Source: Octopus sinensis (lineage: Eukaryota). From it: a stretch of DNA of 64,000 nt. The first letter of the stretch is position 1. The number at the start of each line of letters is the position of its first letter. Below, piece by piece: positions 50,165-63,118 of this stretch. Below the pieces are notes generated by a model. It ran no database searches. It was not told the DNA's origin and worked only from the letters and a program-made list of their open reading frames with translations. A program made the translations under genes and the position numbers. The stretch lies in assembly GCF_006345805.1 (NCBI RefSeq), contig NC_043006.1, positions 93,062,001 through 93,126,000 on the forward strand, written 5' to 3'.

Positions 50165-53100
50165 TTCTTTTGTTTTTTTTTCTCTAGTTTCAGCTCAGAG
50201 TTGCGTCCATACTGATGGACTACCGTTTTGCTACACTGTTATTACTGAAAGCCTCCTCCAATATGTGGCACTTGGTGAAGAATGGAGTTTGATGTAGCTA
50301 CCCTCATTTGCACCACTTGCCATGAAATAGTTTCTTCTGGGACTCTCGACATGAAGAGGTCCTGCCTTGATTTAAAAATGCCTACATATACTTTGTGCAG
50401 GTTCCTGAAGCTCTTTGAGAGAATATTAAAAAGGGCTGTTGCAGTAACTGGTCTTGAAGCGCGATGGCATGGTGGGATCTTTGACATTATACAGTGTCGT
50501 CCCGTTCTAGCATTGGTGTAGCTTTCAATGCCAAAATTTGGCACAATTCTTTCCGGGATCTTCCAGATATATATTATTGCATACCTCTCCCGTCTTCTCT
50601 CCAGGGAGTAGAGTCTTAGTTGTTTCAGCCTTTCCCAGTAGCTGAGCATTTGCAAAGAGACGATCTTCTTTGTAAATCTTCTCTGGATTGCCTCAAGGTC
50701 CGCTATTAATTTTACACTGGTGGGTGACCATAGCTACGAGAAGTAATCCAGGCGGCTGAGGACGAATGTCCGCCAGAGGACCATCATGGTTTCATTATCT
50801 CTGGTTCTGAATGTTCTCAGGATCCATCCAGCCAGTCGTCAGCACTTGTCGCAATCCTGGCAACGTGCACTTAGAATGAGGTATCATCACTCATGTCTAT
50901 ACCCAGGTCTCTCACTGATTTAGGATCTGGGATTGAAATTCCCTGTGAACCAGTGTACCCTGTAAGTTTCATATCCAGTTTTGGATGCTGGCAGCGCAGG
51001 GCTTGACATTTTTCAGCATTAAACTGCATATTATAATCCTCAGCCCATCTGTAAATTGAGTCCAAGCCCTGCAGATGTGCAACATCGCTGGGGTTCTGCA
51101 TTTTCTGCGAGACTTTCGTATCATCTGCATAGCTTGCAAGGGTGGCTATCCGTGTATATGAGGGCATATCTGAGAGGGCCACTATAAAAAGCAATGGTCC
51201 CAAGACAGTGCCCTGTGGAACACCACTCACTATTTGTGTGTTCATAGAGGTGGCTCCATTAGCCACTGTTACCTGGTTATATGACTTTCAGAAAGTCATA
51301 TACACACACTCCATACGTTCCAGCTATGCCAAGATCACGCAGTTTGTGGCATATCATACCATAATCCACTTCGTCAAAGGCTTTTGCAAAATCAAGGTAT
51401 ATTACGTCTACATTTGAGTTGTTGAGTAATTGCCTCAACACCCAGTCATAATGTTGCAAGAGCTGGGTCAGGCAGCTCCTACCTGGTCGTAAGCCATGCT
51501 GCAAGTTATTTTCTTCAAGGAATACGACTAGTTTCCCTCCGACTATCTGTTCCATGACTTTGCTGATGTGTGCAGTCAGAGAGATAGGCCTTTAGATTTT
51601 GGCATCTGCTCTGTTTCCTTGTTTATGGATTAGGCATACTATTTCCTCCTTCAGCTTGCTTGGCAGTTTGACATTTGCAAGAAAGCTCTGGAAGAGAATC
51701 TGGAGGGGTCTTGCCAGGGCATGTTTACACACTCTGAGGAGGATTGCTGGGAAACCATCAGGACCAGCAGTTGAGTTTGTTTCCACTTCATCTATGGCTA
51801 GTAATACATCTTCTTCGCTAATGTCAATGTATTCCATCGTGACTGCCTCGCTGTTTATAGGTGAAGCGGCAAAGCAGTCCCCTGGTTCGTTCACTTGTCT
51901 GTATTCCAACAGGGTGGTAAGGACATTTTTGAATTGGACATTCCGTAGCTCACTGGTCCTGGTTGGATTATCTGTGAGGGAGCCATCCTTTTGGAAGAGA
52001 GGTCCTATCTTGCAGTGTACTAAGGTTGTTTCTTTTGCGTAATGAAAGAAGGCTTTGGGCTTGAGCTAATGTTTTTTTTATAACCCAGGCTTCTTTGTCG
52101 CTCTCTCCCTCACATAGGATTGTTGCAGCCTTTTTCAATCTCCATAAGTGTTGATTTTAGGCGGGACCTTTCGCTACTATTGGGATGTTGGTTGAGTCGA
52201 TTTGCAACCTTCGTCCGTCGTCTCATGAGGATTTTCCTATTCCTTGGAATCTTGTTCCTATTTGTTTTGGCCTTGTGCTCCGGGACATAATTCTGGCGTA
52301 TAGCTTGCGCAAAAGACATGAAATATTTTAGTTCCATGTCAATGTCTTGTGTGGAGAGACATTTCGGCCAGTCCTGTCTGAGGATCTCTTTTTAGATCTA
52401 TATCCAGTCTGCTTTGGGGAAGTTCAGATTGGAGAGATTTTGGGTGCTTCCTCTAGGCTGTATGTCTGGTTACTTTCGGCCCAAGCATAGACAGCTCTAT
52501 TATGTTGTGATCCGAGACTAATGTCGGCGTCACTTTTACATCATGATTGATGTCCATATTGTTCGTGAAGCAGAGATCCAGATTGTTATTCGCCCTAGTC
52601 GGTCTGAGTACACCTTGCTTCATGAATAGCGCATTGGTGAGGTTGAGCAAGGACTCCACCTGTGCTTGCTTGCAATGATTCATTCCTGAGAGTAAGATAC
52701 CTTCGGGCCATTTGACGTTTGGGAAGTTGAAATCACCCATAAGTAATATGGTCACGTGGTGTTGCAGTTTCATGAGGATTTCTTTAATTCTTGTGAGGCA
52801 ATCTTCAAACTTGCCTATGCGGTTTGGAGCATCCGGTGGGTAGTATGTATTGCATATGACTATATTATGTTGTCTTATGTATTCAATTAGAGCGTCACAT
52901 ACCGTGAGGTCATCACGGATGTATACAGCAACTCCACCATGGCTCCTTTCCCTTCTGTCTGTTCGGAGTATGGCATATTTTGGCACGTGTACTTCTGCAT
53001 CTTCTATATCAGGGCTGAGATGAGTTTCCACGAGCGCTATGCATAGGGCTTGATTGCATGCAGCAAGATCTCCCAGAAAAGAAATTTTGCTTTTGTTATT

Positions 53101-54450
53101 ATGATGCAACATGCCCCCAATATTTAGTAAACGTATTGGTATAACGACTGTGCAGGCGTTATGGGAGGCCATCCCGTGTCTGTTGACTGTGGTGGTCTTG
53201 CGCAGTGGCGGGCAAGGTTCCTTATTTGCACTTGCTCAGCTGCTGCGCTGCGCTTAACATCTGAAGAGCACAATTCTTTTGTGAATTTTTTCCTTGGAGA
53301 CATTTGTTGTCTTTCCTCAGGGAAGTTTTTTACTTAAGGCCCCTGTAGTTTTGGCGGGTTGTCGGGTGGGTAAACCGGCAGTTTTTACCGTCTTCCCTAT
53401 GCCAACATTTGCCTTGCAGGTAAAATTTGCAGGTTCTTTAGTGCCTTCCAAATTTCTTCTTTCCTGTAGAGTTTTGGATGGCATTGGATCCTCCATGGGG
53501 TTTTCTGCTTTTGTTTGGTGGGTTGGGGTTTCAGGTTTGGTTGTATCATTTTTGCCTTTTCCTTTTTCTTCCTTTCCTTCTTTATGTTTGTGTTCCGTCC
53601 TTTTCTTGTGGTGGGAACTTTTTTCCTCTGGTTTTCCAATGGGGTGAGGGCTCCGTTCCTTTGTAGGACCACTGGCACAGAGGGGCTTCTAGTTACTGCT
53701 TCCTAGATTCCCCAATCCTTTTCTGCCTGGTCGTTCACAGGTGTATGTGATCTATTCTTTTGAGGAACCACTGGATCAAAGAGAGTTCCGGGTTTTGTTT
53801 CCTTTTCATCTTCTCCATCCTTATCAGCCTTGCTACAATAGTTTACGATTACGTCATCCAGGGTGTCAATGAGTGGCCTTAGGAGCATATAAGATCGGAT
53901 GAATTCATTCTTCTTCTGCACTATCTGATTAATTTGTTCATTAATCCATAGAAAAGTATCTATCGCAGGTGCTACGTTCCAAAACCCACCTCGATAGGTG
54001 AAAATCCGCGAAGTAGAAACAGTACTGTACACATAATATTAAAATTATTTTTATAATTTGTAAATATTTACTTTATTATAAATGCAAAACAACACCACAA
54101 AGGAATCGAGGTAAGCTTAAATAATAAATCACGATAAGGGAACAGCGATAGGTGAACCACCGTATGGCGAGGGATTATTGTAAATATTTGTTCATTAATC
54201 CACAGAAAATATTTGTTCAATGTTTCAACAACGTTAGCTGCCGATAATTGATATTATGTTTAGCTACGAAAATTCACTTCTTCCGTACCAACATCTGGAA
54301 GTTTGGGTGCTTAAGAAATTCCACTTCCGGAATGTCGGTCGATCCAAATTTATCAAAGGAGATACCTGTCAAATATGTTCCTCAGCGAGTTCGAACCTGG
54401 AAACTTGTAACTACTGGCCAAATCCTCTTCACATTTGACATATAGACAAA
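50165..54450 (-). mobile_element. CR1-clade LINE, decayed, ORF1 + APE + RT
   Basis: APE (VETHL, HGGVAVY, GDFNFP, LDLCFTN), RT (YLDFAKAFD, SGVPQGTVLGP, YADD at 51120-51131), RRERYAIIYIWK. ORF1 has a CCCH finger at 53366-53431. Many stops and frameshifts. Confidence 0.9.
53956..54185. mobile_element. left-truncated copy of the 49933 MITE inserted into CR1 ORF1
   Basis: Clear similarity to 49950-50160; flanked by a 24-bp direct repeat. Confidence 0.8.
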
Positions 54451-55440
54451 GAAGGTGAATGCTTTAACAGATTTCTAGTAAATGGAAAAAGTTTTTGACT
54501 GAAGATAGTTGTGATGCATTTGGGAATGCTGCAGTATCAGCAGTCAGTCATTCAGCAGTAAAGCGTTATTGTTGAGGTCTTTCTAATGGCCGTGCTACCT
54601 GCCAGACACCGTATTTGCATAGGATGAGACGTCAGCGTGAACATTTGCTTTATATATATCTCCTCTCTCGTGAAAGCGTCACGATATTTTTCAAACTGGC
54701 AAGAAGAGAAAACGATATTGAAAATAAATGTCTGTTCTACTGGAATAGAAATAAGACTAAATTTCCGTTAAGTTACAAGAGAAATCGTCTAAGCAAGCAT
54801 AGCGATGCACATATAAAATAAAATTATCAATATACAAAGAATTCTACAGCATATGCAGAGAAAAAAAAAAGAGAACTAAAATATCTATATTTTACAGATC
54901 TAATCACATCAACATACTACGGTATTGATTAACTTTTTCTATCCTTTACATGCATATATATATCAAGTACATTTGTGTGTGTATGTGTGTTTTGTGTGTG
55001 TATGCGTTTCCAAATTTCGTGATTTTCATTTAGTAAGCCACTTGATTGTGTTGACTTTCCTTATTAATGCTACACGAAACTTGTAATGATATTACTTACA
55101 TTTGATTGACTTGATGTTGAACTACAGTTGAGAAAGTCATAACATTGCCGCACCAACTCTCTCCCTTGTTTATTCATTTTTTTATTTATTTTCCTTTATT
55201 CGTTTTCCTTAGCAGTAAGCATTTATTTAAGATTATCCTAGTGTAGGTTTCATTAACAGAAGCATCTCTAGGGTTCCGTACAGCCAAATAAATATTTTGA
55301 AAAGCTAGCATTATATATTCTCAGAAACCTAATTAATAGAAAAAGGTTAATAATAAAATTTGCTGCTCTGAGAATATAAGGAAATCAAAATTGAAATGTC
55401 TGCTCTGTGAACTGTGTTTTATAAGATAGAATATCAGCAC

Positions 55441-55477
<37 letters not shown>

Positions 55478-55805
55478 CATATATATATGCGAGGACACTC
55501 ACACACATTCATGCGGACGATTGCGTATGAATACAAATTGCGGTGGACAGTTCCGAGCATGTTTTTGGTGTGTGTGTGTGTGTGGAGGGTGGTGCTGTAT
55601 TAGTGTGTTTTATTCATGAAGAGAGGGCAGCTTATTAAATTATTAATCAAATGTGTGTCGATGCCAGTGTGTGTGTATGCATGTGATGTGTGTGCGTGTG
55701 TGTGTGTTTATCTCTGCGTATACGCATATTGGCATTTGACTCATTTTTATACGAGCATTGCATATAGAATAACTGCATACTTGCTTATAACGATGGTTTG
55801 ATATA

Positions 55806-56198
55806 TTCTTTTATTCTTTTGTTTCAGTCATTTGACTACGGTCATGCTGGAGCACCGCCCTTAGTCGAACAAATCGACCTCAAGGCTTATTCATTGTAAG
55901 CCTGGTACTTATTCTATCGGTGTCTTTTCCGAACCGTTACAGGGATGTAAACACACCAGCATCGGTTGTAATGTGATCGTGTGGGAACAGACACAGACAC
56001 AGACACAGACACAGACACACACACACACACATATATATATGCAACATACTTCTTTCAGTTTCCGTCTACCAGATCCAACCACATGGCTTTGGTCAGGCCG
56101 AGGCTATAGTAGAAGACACGTGCCCAGGTGCCACGCAGTAGGACTGAACCAGCACCATGTGGTTGGGAAGCAAGCTACCGAACAGCCGCTCCTGTGCC
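55806..56198 (-). mobile_element. SINE family B
   Basis: Reverse complement of the full family B structure. Confidence 0.85.
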
Positions 56199-56288
<90 letters not shown>

Positions 56289-56567
56289 GAGAGAGTGAGG
56301 GGGTAGGGAGAGATACGGAAAAGGGAAAGAAATACAAACAGGTAAATAGATATATATCTGTGTCTGTGTGTGTACATATTGCTATATATACGTAGAAACA
56401 AATGTGTGCACGCGCGCGTTTATACTCGTTATATTTATGATTATTTCATGAGGTGGTGTATATTTCGAAAAATATGTTTGCGCAGATATTTATGTGCAAA
56501 TAGTATTGGAATAAATATTCATGAGAAAATTACTGTTCAACTTGTTTAGACAAATTAAGATTTGAAT

Positions 56568-56865
56568 TGGAGGCACATGACCTAGTGGTTAGAGCAGCAG
56601 ACTCGAGGTCGACGGATCGCGGGTTCGAATCTCAGACGGGGCTATGTGTGTGTTTATGATCGAAATACCTAAGCTCCACGCGGCAGAAGGTAATGGCGAA
56701 CTTCTGTTGACTCTTTCACCACAACTTTCTCTCACTCTTTCCTCCTGCATCTTGCAGCTCACTTTCAACGGACATGCGTCCCGTCCATTTGGGGAATCTA
56801 TACGCCAAGAAAACCGGGAAACCGGCCCTATGAGCTAGGCATGATTTGAAAAGGAACAAACAAGA
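56568..56865 (+). mobile_element. tRNA-derived SINE, family C
   Basis: A box TGACCTAGTGG and B box GGTTCGAATCT followed by a non-tRNA body, so not a complete tRNA gene. Confidence 0.8.
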
Positions 56866-57242
56866 GATATTTTACCATTAATTTATATAGCAATAAGAAA
56901 ATGGAGGGGATCAATAGGTGATCAACTTTTAGACATTATATTATGATAATTTATTTATTTATTTACTCAAGTGACAATTACAATAATATACATACATGTA
57001 TCACATTTTATGCTTTATATATAAGATATAAAATATATCAATATATAAAGATACCAGTAATTATTACAAAATAACATACATGAATATAAATTGGGAAAAT
57101 AAACAGCTGTTTCAGCCAAGAGGTAAAAATACCTAATTCTACCTTTATTACTCAAGTAGACTGATATTAATGTATACATGCACATATACACATACCTGTA
57201 CAGGTATATATGTATCTATTAATATATAGATATTTATGTATA

Positions 57243-57273
<31 letters not shown>

Positions 57274-57294
57274 GCACATAAGTGTACAGGTATG

Positions 57295-57331
<37 letters not shown>

Positions 57332-57334
57332 TCT

Positions 57335-57564
57335 TTATTCGTTTACTCTTTTACTTGTTTCAGTCATTTGATTGCGTCCATGCTGGAGCACCGCCTTTAG
57401 TCGAGCAACTCGACCCTGGGACTTATTCTTTGTAAGCCCAGTACTTATTTTATCGGTCTCTTTTGCCGAACCGCTAAGTGACGGGGACGTAAACACACCA
57501 GCATCGGTTGTCAAGCAATGCTAGAGGGACAAACACAGACACACAAACATATACACACGCATAC

Positions 57565-57615
<51 letters not shown>

Positions 57616-57787
57616 ATATATATACGACAGGCTTCTTTCAGTTTCCGTCTACCAAATCCACTCACAAGGCATTGGTCGACCCGGGGCTATAGTAGAAGAC
57701 ACTTGCCCAAGATGCCACGCAGTGGGAATGAACCCGGAACCATGTGGCTGGTTAGCAAGCTACTTACCACACAGCCACTCCTACGCC
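57335..57787 (-). mobile_element. SINE family B, full length
   Basis: Reverse complement of head, core, internal microsatellite and 3' end. Confidence 0.9.
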
Positions 57788-57795
57788 TATATATA

Positions 57796-58030
57796 CAGTG
57801 TGGCCAAAAAGTAGGTTTACAGTTATTCAACTATCTCCTTCGCCTTCATGTATTAACAGTTTAGATATTAATTAAATAAAAATATGAAACCATTATTCTA
57901 TGCTAATTTAGTGAATTTTGTCGAACTCCATTTTCACTTCGTAAGATAGAAACTTAAATCTAACAAAATGCTTAAAAAGGAATTTATAATGCCAACGTGA
58001 TAACTGGAAACCTACTTTTGGGACACCCTG
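57796..58030. mobile_element. Tc1/mariner-type MITE
   Basis: Imperfect TIRs CAGTGTGGCCAAAAAGTAGGTTTACAGTT / AACTGGAAACCTACTTTTGGGACACCCTG, with TA on both flanks. Confidence 0.8.
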
Positions 58031-58125
58031 TATATATGTATGTACGAGAGAGAGAAGTCATGCTTCTTCGTTGATATTCGAACACTCTTCTAATCTATCG
58101 CGCTGCCGCAAATTGTGTATATATG

Positions 58126-58217
<92 letters not shown>

Positions 58218-58223
<6 letters not shown>

Positions 58224-58568
58224 ATTTAGATTCAAATGAATATGGTACTTAAGTTAGATGCACCAGAATTTTGTACGGTGTTATCCATATAAATACATGG
58301 GGAGATTATAATCAAAATAAGCAACACGAATATTTCGGTAATTTGGTACGTAACATTCAAATCAACATCTCTGTGTATATATCTACCCTCTTTATAATGT
58401 TATTAATTAACATGAAAATAATTATGTGTATTGATGGAAAACCTCTATAAACGGCTGATGACTGCTCAACATTTTAAAACTGTTGTAATACTTACAATGT
58501 TTAATAAAATGATGTAGCGTGAAACGATCGTACCAAATTACCGAAGATATTCTTGTTGCTTATTTTGA
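58218..58568. mobile_element. foldback element with long-stem-II HHR remnant
   Basis: Short inverted arms (AAAATAAGCAAC...TTTGGTACG / CGTACCAAAT...GTTGCTTATTTT). CTGATGA at 58455 and GAAACGATCGTA at 58521. Confidence 0.65.
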
Positions 58569-58596
58569 ATATACATATATATATATACATATATAT

Positions 58597-58818
58597 GTTG
58601 GTTGGTATCCTTTCTGTCTCGGGAGACAATGGAGTTGCGCATGAAGTAGTCTAGTCCGGCTTTTATATTTCATGTCCTGATACATTTCCTGCTGTGGCTG
58701 TGTAGTCCTATCCTGGACAAAAACTCCCTCTGGCAGGTACCGCAAATGTAGCGAAGGCTGTTCCTGGCTGGTTGTAGTGCCATTGTCTCTTGTTTACGTC
58801 TCTTCCTTTCTTTCCATT

Positions 58819-58854
<36 letters not shown>

Positions 58855-61800
58855 TTTGTATTCCCTCTTTTACGGTACGTCGTCATTCTCCACGATTGCC
58901 GGCAACTGCCTCCCAACCGCTAATATTGATGTTGCAGGCCTTCATGTCCCTTTTGCAAACATCCTTGTAACGTAAGATCGGTCTACCCACAGACCTAGTA
59001 CCCCTAGCAAGCTCTCCGTAGAGTATGTCCTTGGGAATTCTGCCATCTTTCATACGGCTAACATGCCCAAGCCATCTCATACGTCTTTGTGTGAGGAGTG
59101 CAAACATGCTTGGTATTCCTGCTTGCCTGAGGACATCTTTGTTGGGGATATGATTCTGCCATTTGATGCGGAGGATTTTTCGGAGGCAGCGCAGGTGAAA
59201 GATGTTTAGGCGACGCTCTTGGCGTATGTATAGCGTCCAGGTCTCACTTCCATACAGTAGAGTACTCATGCTGAGTACACATGCCTGGTAGATCTTCATT
59301 TTCGTGGTCTTGGTCAGCTTATTGTTGTCCCAAGCCCGTTTGGAGAGCTGGGCCATCGCAGCAGCTGCCTTGCCAATGCATATATTGAGCTCAGCGTCAA
59401 GGGATAGGTTGTAGGTGACAGTAGAGCCCAGATAGGTAAACTTCTCTACCTCTTGTAATCTGTGGTCTCCAATATGTATGTCCGATGTAGCCTGGCCTAT
59501 GATGTTGGTCTTCTTAAGGCTGATAGCTAAGCCAAAGTCGTTACATGCTTGCTCAAAACAGTTAATGAGCCTTTGGAGGGCATCTTCTGTGTGTGTTACC
59601 AGAGCGGCTTCATCAGCAAATAACATCTCCTTGATCAGGACGTTTCTGATTTTGGTCTTGGCACGCAGGTGCGAGAGATTGAACTGTTTCCCGTCACTTC
59701 TACTGTGCAGAAACACTCCATCATCTGATGTCTGAAAGGCATGTGAAAGTAAGAGCGAGAAGAAGATGCCAAACAATGTAGGAGCGAGGTCACAACCTTG
59801 CTTTACCCCGTTTTTTATTTGGAAGGCGGCTGATGTTGAACCGTTGTGCTGTATGGTGCCTTGCATGTCATCATGGAAAGACTTGATGATCCTCAGCAGC
59901 TTTGGTGGACATCCGATTTTTTGGAGCAGGATGAAGAGGCCTGTTCTGCTTACCGAGTCAAAAGCCTTTGTTAGATCAATGAAGGCCATATATAATGGCA
60001 TTTTCTGCTCTCTGGACTTCTCCTGAAGTTGGCGTATGGAGAATATCATATCGATAGTTGATCTACTTCTTCTAAAGCCACACTGCGATTCCGGATAGAT
60101 TCGAGAAGCAAGTAGTTGTAGCCTGGCCAGGATAACGCGGGCAAAGGTCTTTCCAACAGTGTTTAGAAGGGATATACCACGGTAATTGTTACAATCACCA
60201 CAGTCATCTTTGTTTTTGTAAAGCGTAATGATGTTAGCATCCCGCATATCCTGAGGGACTGTACTCTCTTCCCAGCACTGACACAGAAGCTCATGAAGGT
60301 GCCGAAGCAGGATGGTGTTTTTGCCGGCTTTGATGATCTCTGAGGGGATGCCGTCTTTTCCCGGAGCCTTATTTCTTGCTAGGGAGTCAACAGCCTTGGT
60401 GAGCTCTGCTATAGATGGCGGACTGTCAAGTTCGCACATGACTGGCAAGATCTTGACACTCTCGACTGCAGCCTCAGCCACTGTAGTCTCCCGTGAGTAG
60501 AGATCCTGGTAGTGCTCCACCCATTTATCCACTTGCTTGCCTTGATCCTTGATGAGATCTCCAGTAGTTGATTTCAGAGGGGCTGACTTGGTTGCGGATG
60601 GACCGAGGGCTTTCTTTAAACCGGCATACATCCCACGGGTGTCGCCCCTGTCAGCAGCTGACTGGATACTCTGACGGATTTCCTGCCAATACCTATTTGC
60701 ACAGCGTCTGGCTGTCAGTTGGGTTTTATTTCGTGCCTTTCTGAGTTCTTCGAGTGACTTTGTAGAAGAGTCACTCTTGTATTGCACCAGAGCTGCACGC
60801 TTTGCTTCGATAACTGGCTCCAGCTCTGAGAGCCCAGCATTGAACCAATCTTGGTTTTGCCTTTCTCTCATGCCGAAAGTATCCAATGATGTCGTTTACA
60901 AGGCTTCCCTGATATAGTCCCACCTACTTTCAGCAGAGGAGGTTGGGCAGCTACTGAGGGCAACCTTGATAGAAGCAGCAAAACATTTTCGCAGTGTAGG
61001 GTCCGAGGTTCTGGCGGTGTTGATGCGTGGTCGGCCCACTTTCTTGGGCGATGGACTTTTTTAGGCAGAATCCTCACCCTGCTTCTAATTAGTGAGTGGT
61101 CTGTGTCACAATCCGCGCTGTGGTAACTGCGGGTCAATAGAGTAGAATTCAGAAAGGATCTCCGTGTAATGATGAGATCCAGCTGATGCCAGTGGTGAGA
61201 TCTTGGATGTCTCCAGGATGCCTTGTGGGATGGCTTGTTGGTAAAGAATGTGTTTGTGATGCACAGGTTGTGGTATGTGCAGAATTCGAGTAGTCTCTGA
61301 CCATTGTCATTCATGTTGCCAATTCCAAAGTGTCCAACACAAATGGGCCACGAATCATGGTCAGATCCCACGCGAGCGTTAAAATTCCCTAGAAGGTAGA
61401 TATTTTCAGTTGTTGGTGTATTTTCAATGACACAGTTGAGACCTTTGTAGAACTGGTCCTCGGTCTCCTCTGAGCTGTAGAGAGTGGGAGCATAGATGCT
61501 GAGTAGATGTACTGAGCCAGAAGAAGTCGAGAGGCGTAGTGAGAGGATACGCTCAGTGCCTCCCGATGGTGGTTCTATTGAGGAGAGTAGTGAGTTTCTC
61601 ACTGCAAAGCCAACGCCATGTTGACGAGGTTCTTCTGGATCTCTTCCCTGCCAAAAGAAGGTGAAATCCTGCTCTTTGAGTTTGCCGTTGAGGGAAGTCT
61701 TGTCTCCTGCACCCCAGCAATATGTATGTCGAGCCTCTTTAGTTCACGGTCAATGATGGCCGTTTTCCTTGTGTCTTCAATCCTGAGAAGATCATCAGAT

Positions 61801-62482
61801 ATTCCAGGACACATGGTCCTGACATTCCAGCTTGCCAACCGCAGAACTTGTGTTTTCTTGACTTTTAGTTGCTTGCCTGGTGCAGAGGTTGCAGGCCGCT
61901 TTTCGAGTCATACTCTTAGCTCCAAGCACCCAATGGAGCAGGCGGCTTGTGGCGGGTCAGCACCTTATTAACTGGGAGCTGCCCAGCTTGAGGTGAGCAG
62001 TAGCTAACCAATAGGACACGGAGGTCCTTCCCACCGTCAGAGGTAACCCGTAGCGCCCATATTTTACGCCAATCTGAATGGATTTATCACTCGTGACTGT
62101 TACCTCCCGTGTTGTTTCTGCAGCTTTTTACAGCAGCACTGAAGTGTCCTCTCCAGTTTTGCGCAGGCCTGGGCTATAGATAAGAAAGTCCTGGGTAGCC
62201 CAATCGTCAGGTTTCCTCTCTCGACCTTGCTGATGTAGTCCAGTGGAGTGCAGTGCATTACGTTTGGCACCAGCTTGGTTGCAGGAGCTGCCGGAAGAGT
62301 GTCGAGTCGAACACTAGACCGCCTTCGGGGCTACACTCCGGATTTCTTTGAAGGTTGTCTCCTTTCCGTAACCCTGGATAGGGGCCCATACCGGGTACTG
62401 TCAGCCGGAGCCAGCTAAGCCCGGAACTCGTGTCAGGCATGGTCGTCACTCCCTGAAGTAGTGAAGAAGTTCGCTACCCACT
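58597..62482 (-). mobile_element. near-full-length RTE (BovB-like) LINE, disabled
   Basis: ASWNVRTM, GNFNARVG, HWHQLD, YRGISLL, GVKQG, FADE in place of FADD (59609-59620), ICGTCQREFLSRIGLHSHSRKC, (CCAA)n tail, several frameshifts. Confidence 0.95.
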
Positions 62483-63087
62483 ACATATATATATACACAC
62501 ACACACACATGTATAGAAATACACATAACTGCATACATATATATATACATATCTACATGCCTACACATGAGTACGCACACAAATAACCTCCATTTTATAT
62601 CTCAATGAGAAATAATAACTGATCGGTTGTTTATACCTGTGTATATTTGAAAACATTAACTTGCACATGCGCATACACACGCATATATACTTACACGCAT
62701 TTCCCTACATTCTAGATGCATATACATATCTATATGTACATATTTCCATGCATTTATGAAGACATGTCTATGCATATATATGTGTGTATTTCTTATGTCT
62801 ATGCATATATATGTGTGCACGTGTGTATTCATACATAAAGGAATAAATGTTTGTGCCCATATTTATGCGAACCTGCTCTTTTAAAAGTAAAGTATAGAGG
62901 TTTCAAAATGATTAAAGTAATATATTTCGGCATCGTGTTTTCCGATTTACTCATCTTCTATGCGTTTGCATAGATGGACATCTCATAAATGAAATGCTTC
63001 AGAAATTGGTTGCTTATAAATATCATAGACAAACATAAGAAAACCCATTGCATTAGAATAATTTAAATCTACATATCATAGCTGTTC

Positions 63088-63118
<31 letters not shown>

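Noticed and set aside
49933-54185. Two MITE copies acting as LTRs around the CR1
   Set aside because: The copies are clearly diverged, and the second interrupts CR1 ORF1, which continues beyond it.
56568-56645. tRNA gene
   Set aside because: A and B boxes are present, but the acceptor stem does not close and a SINE body follows.
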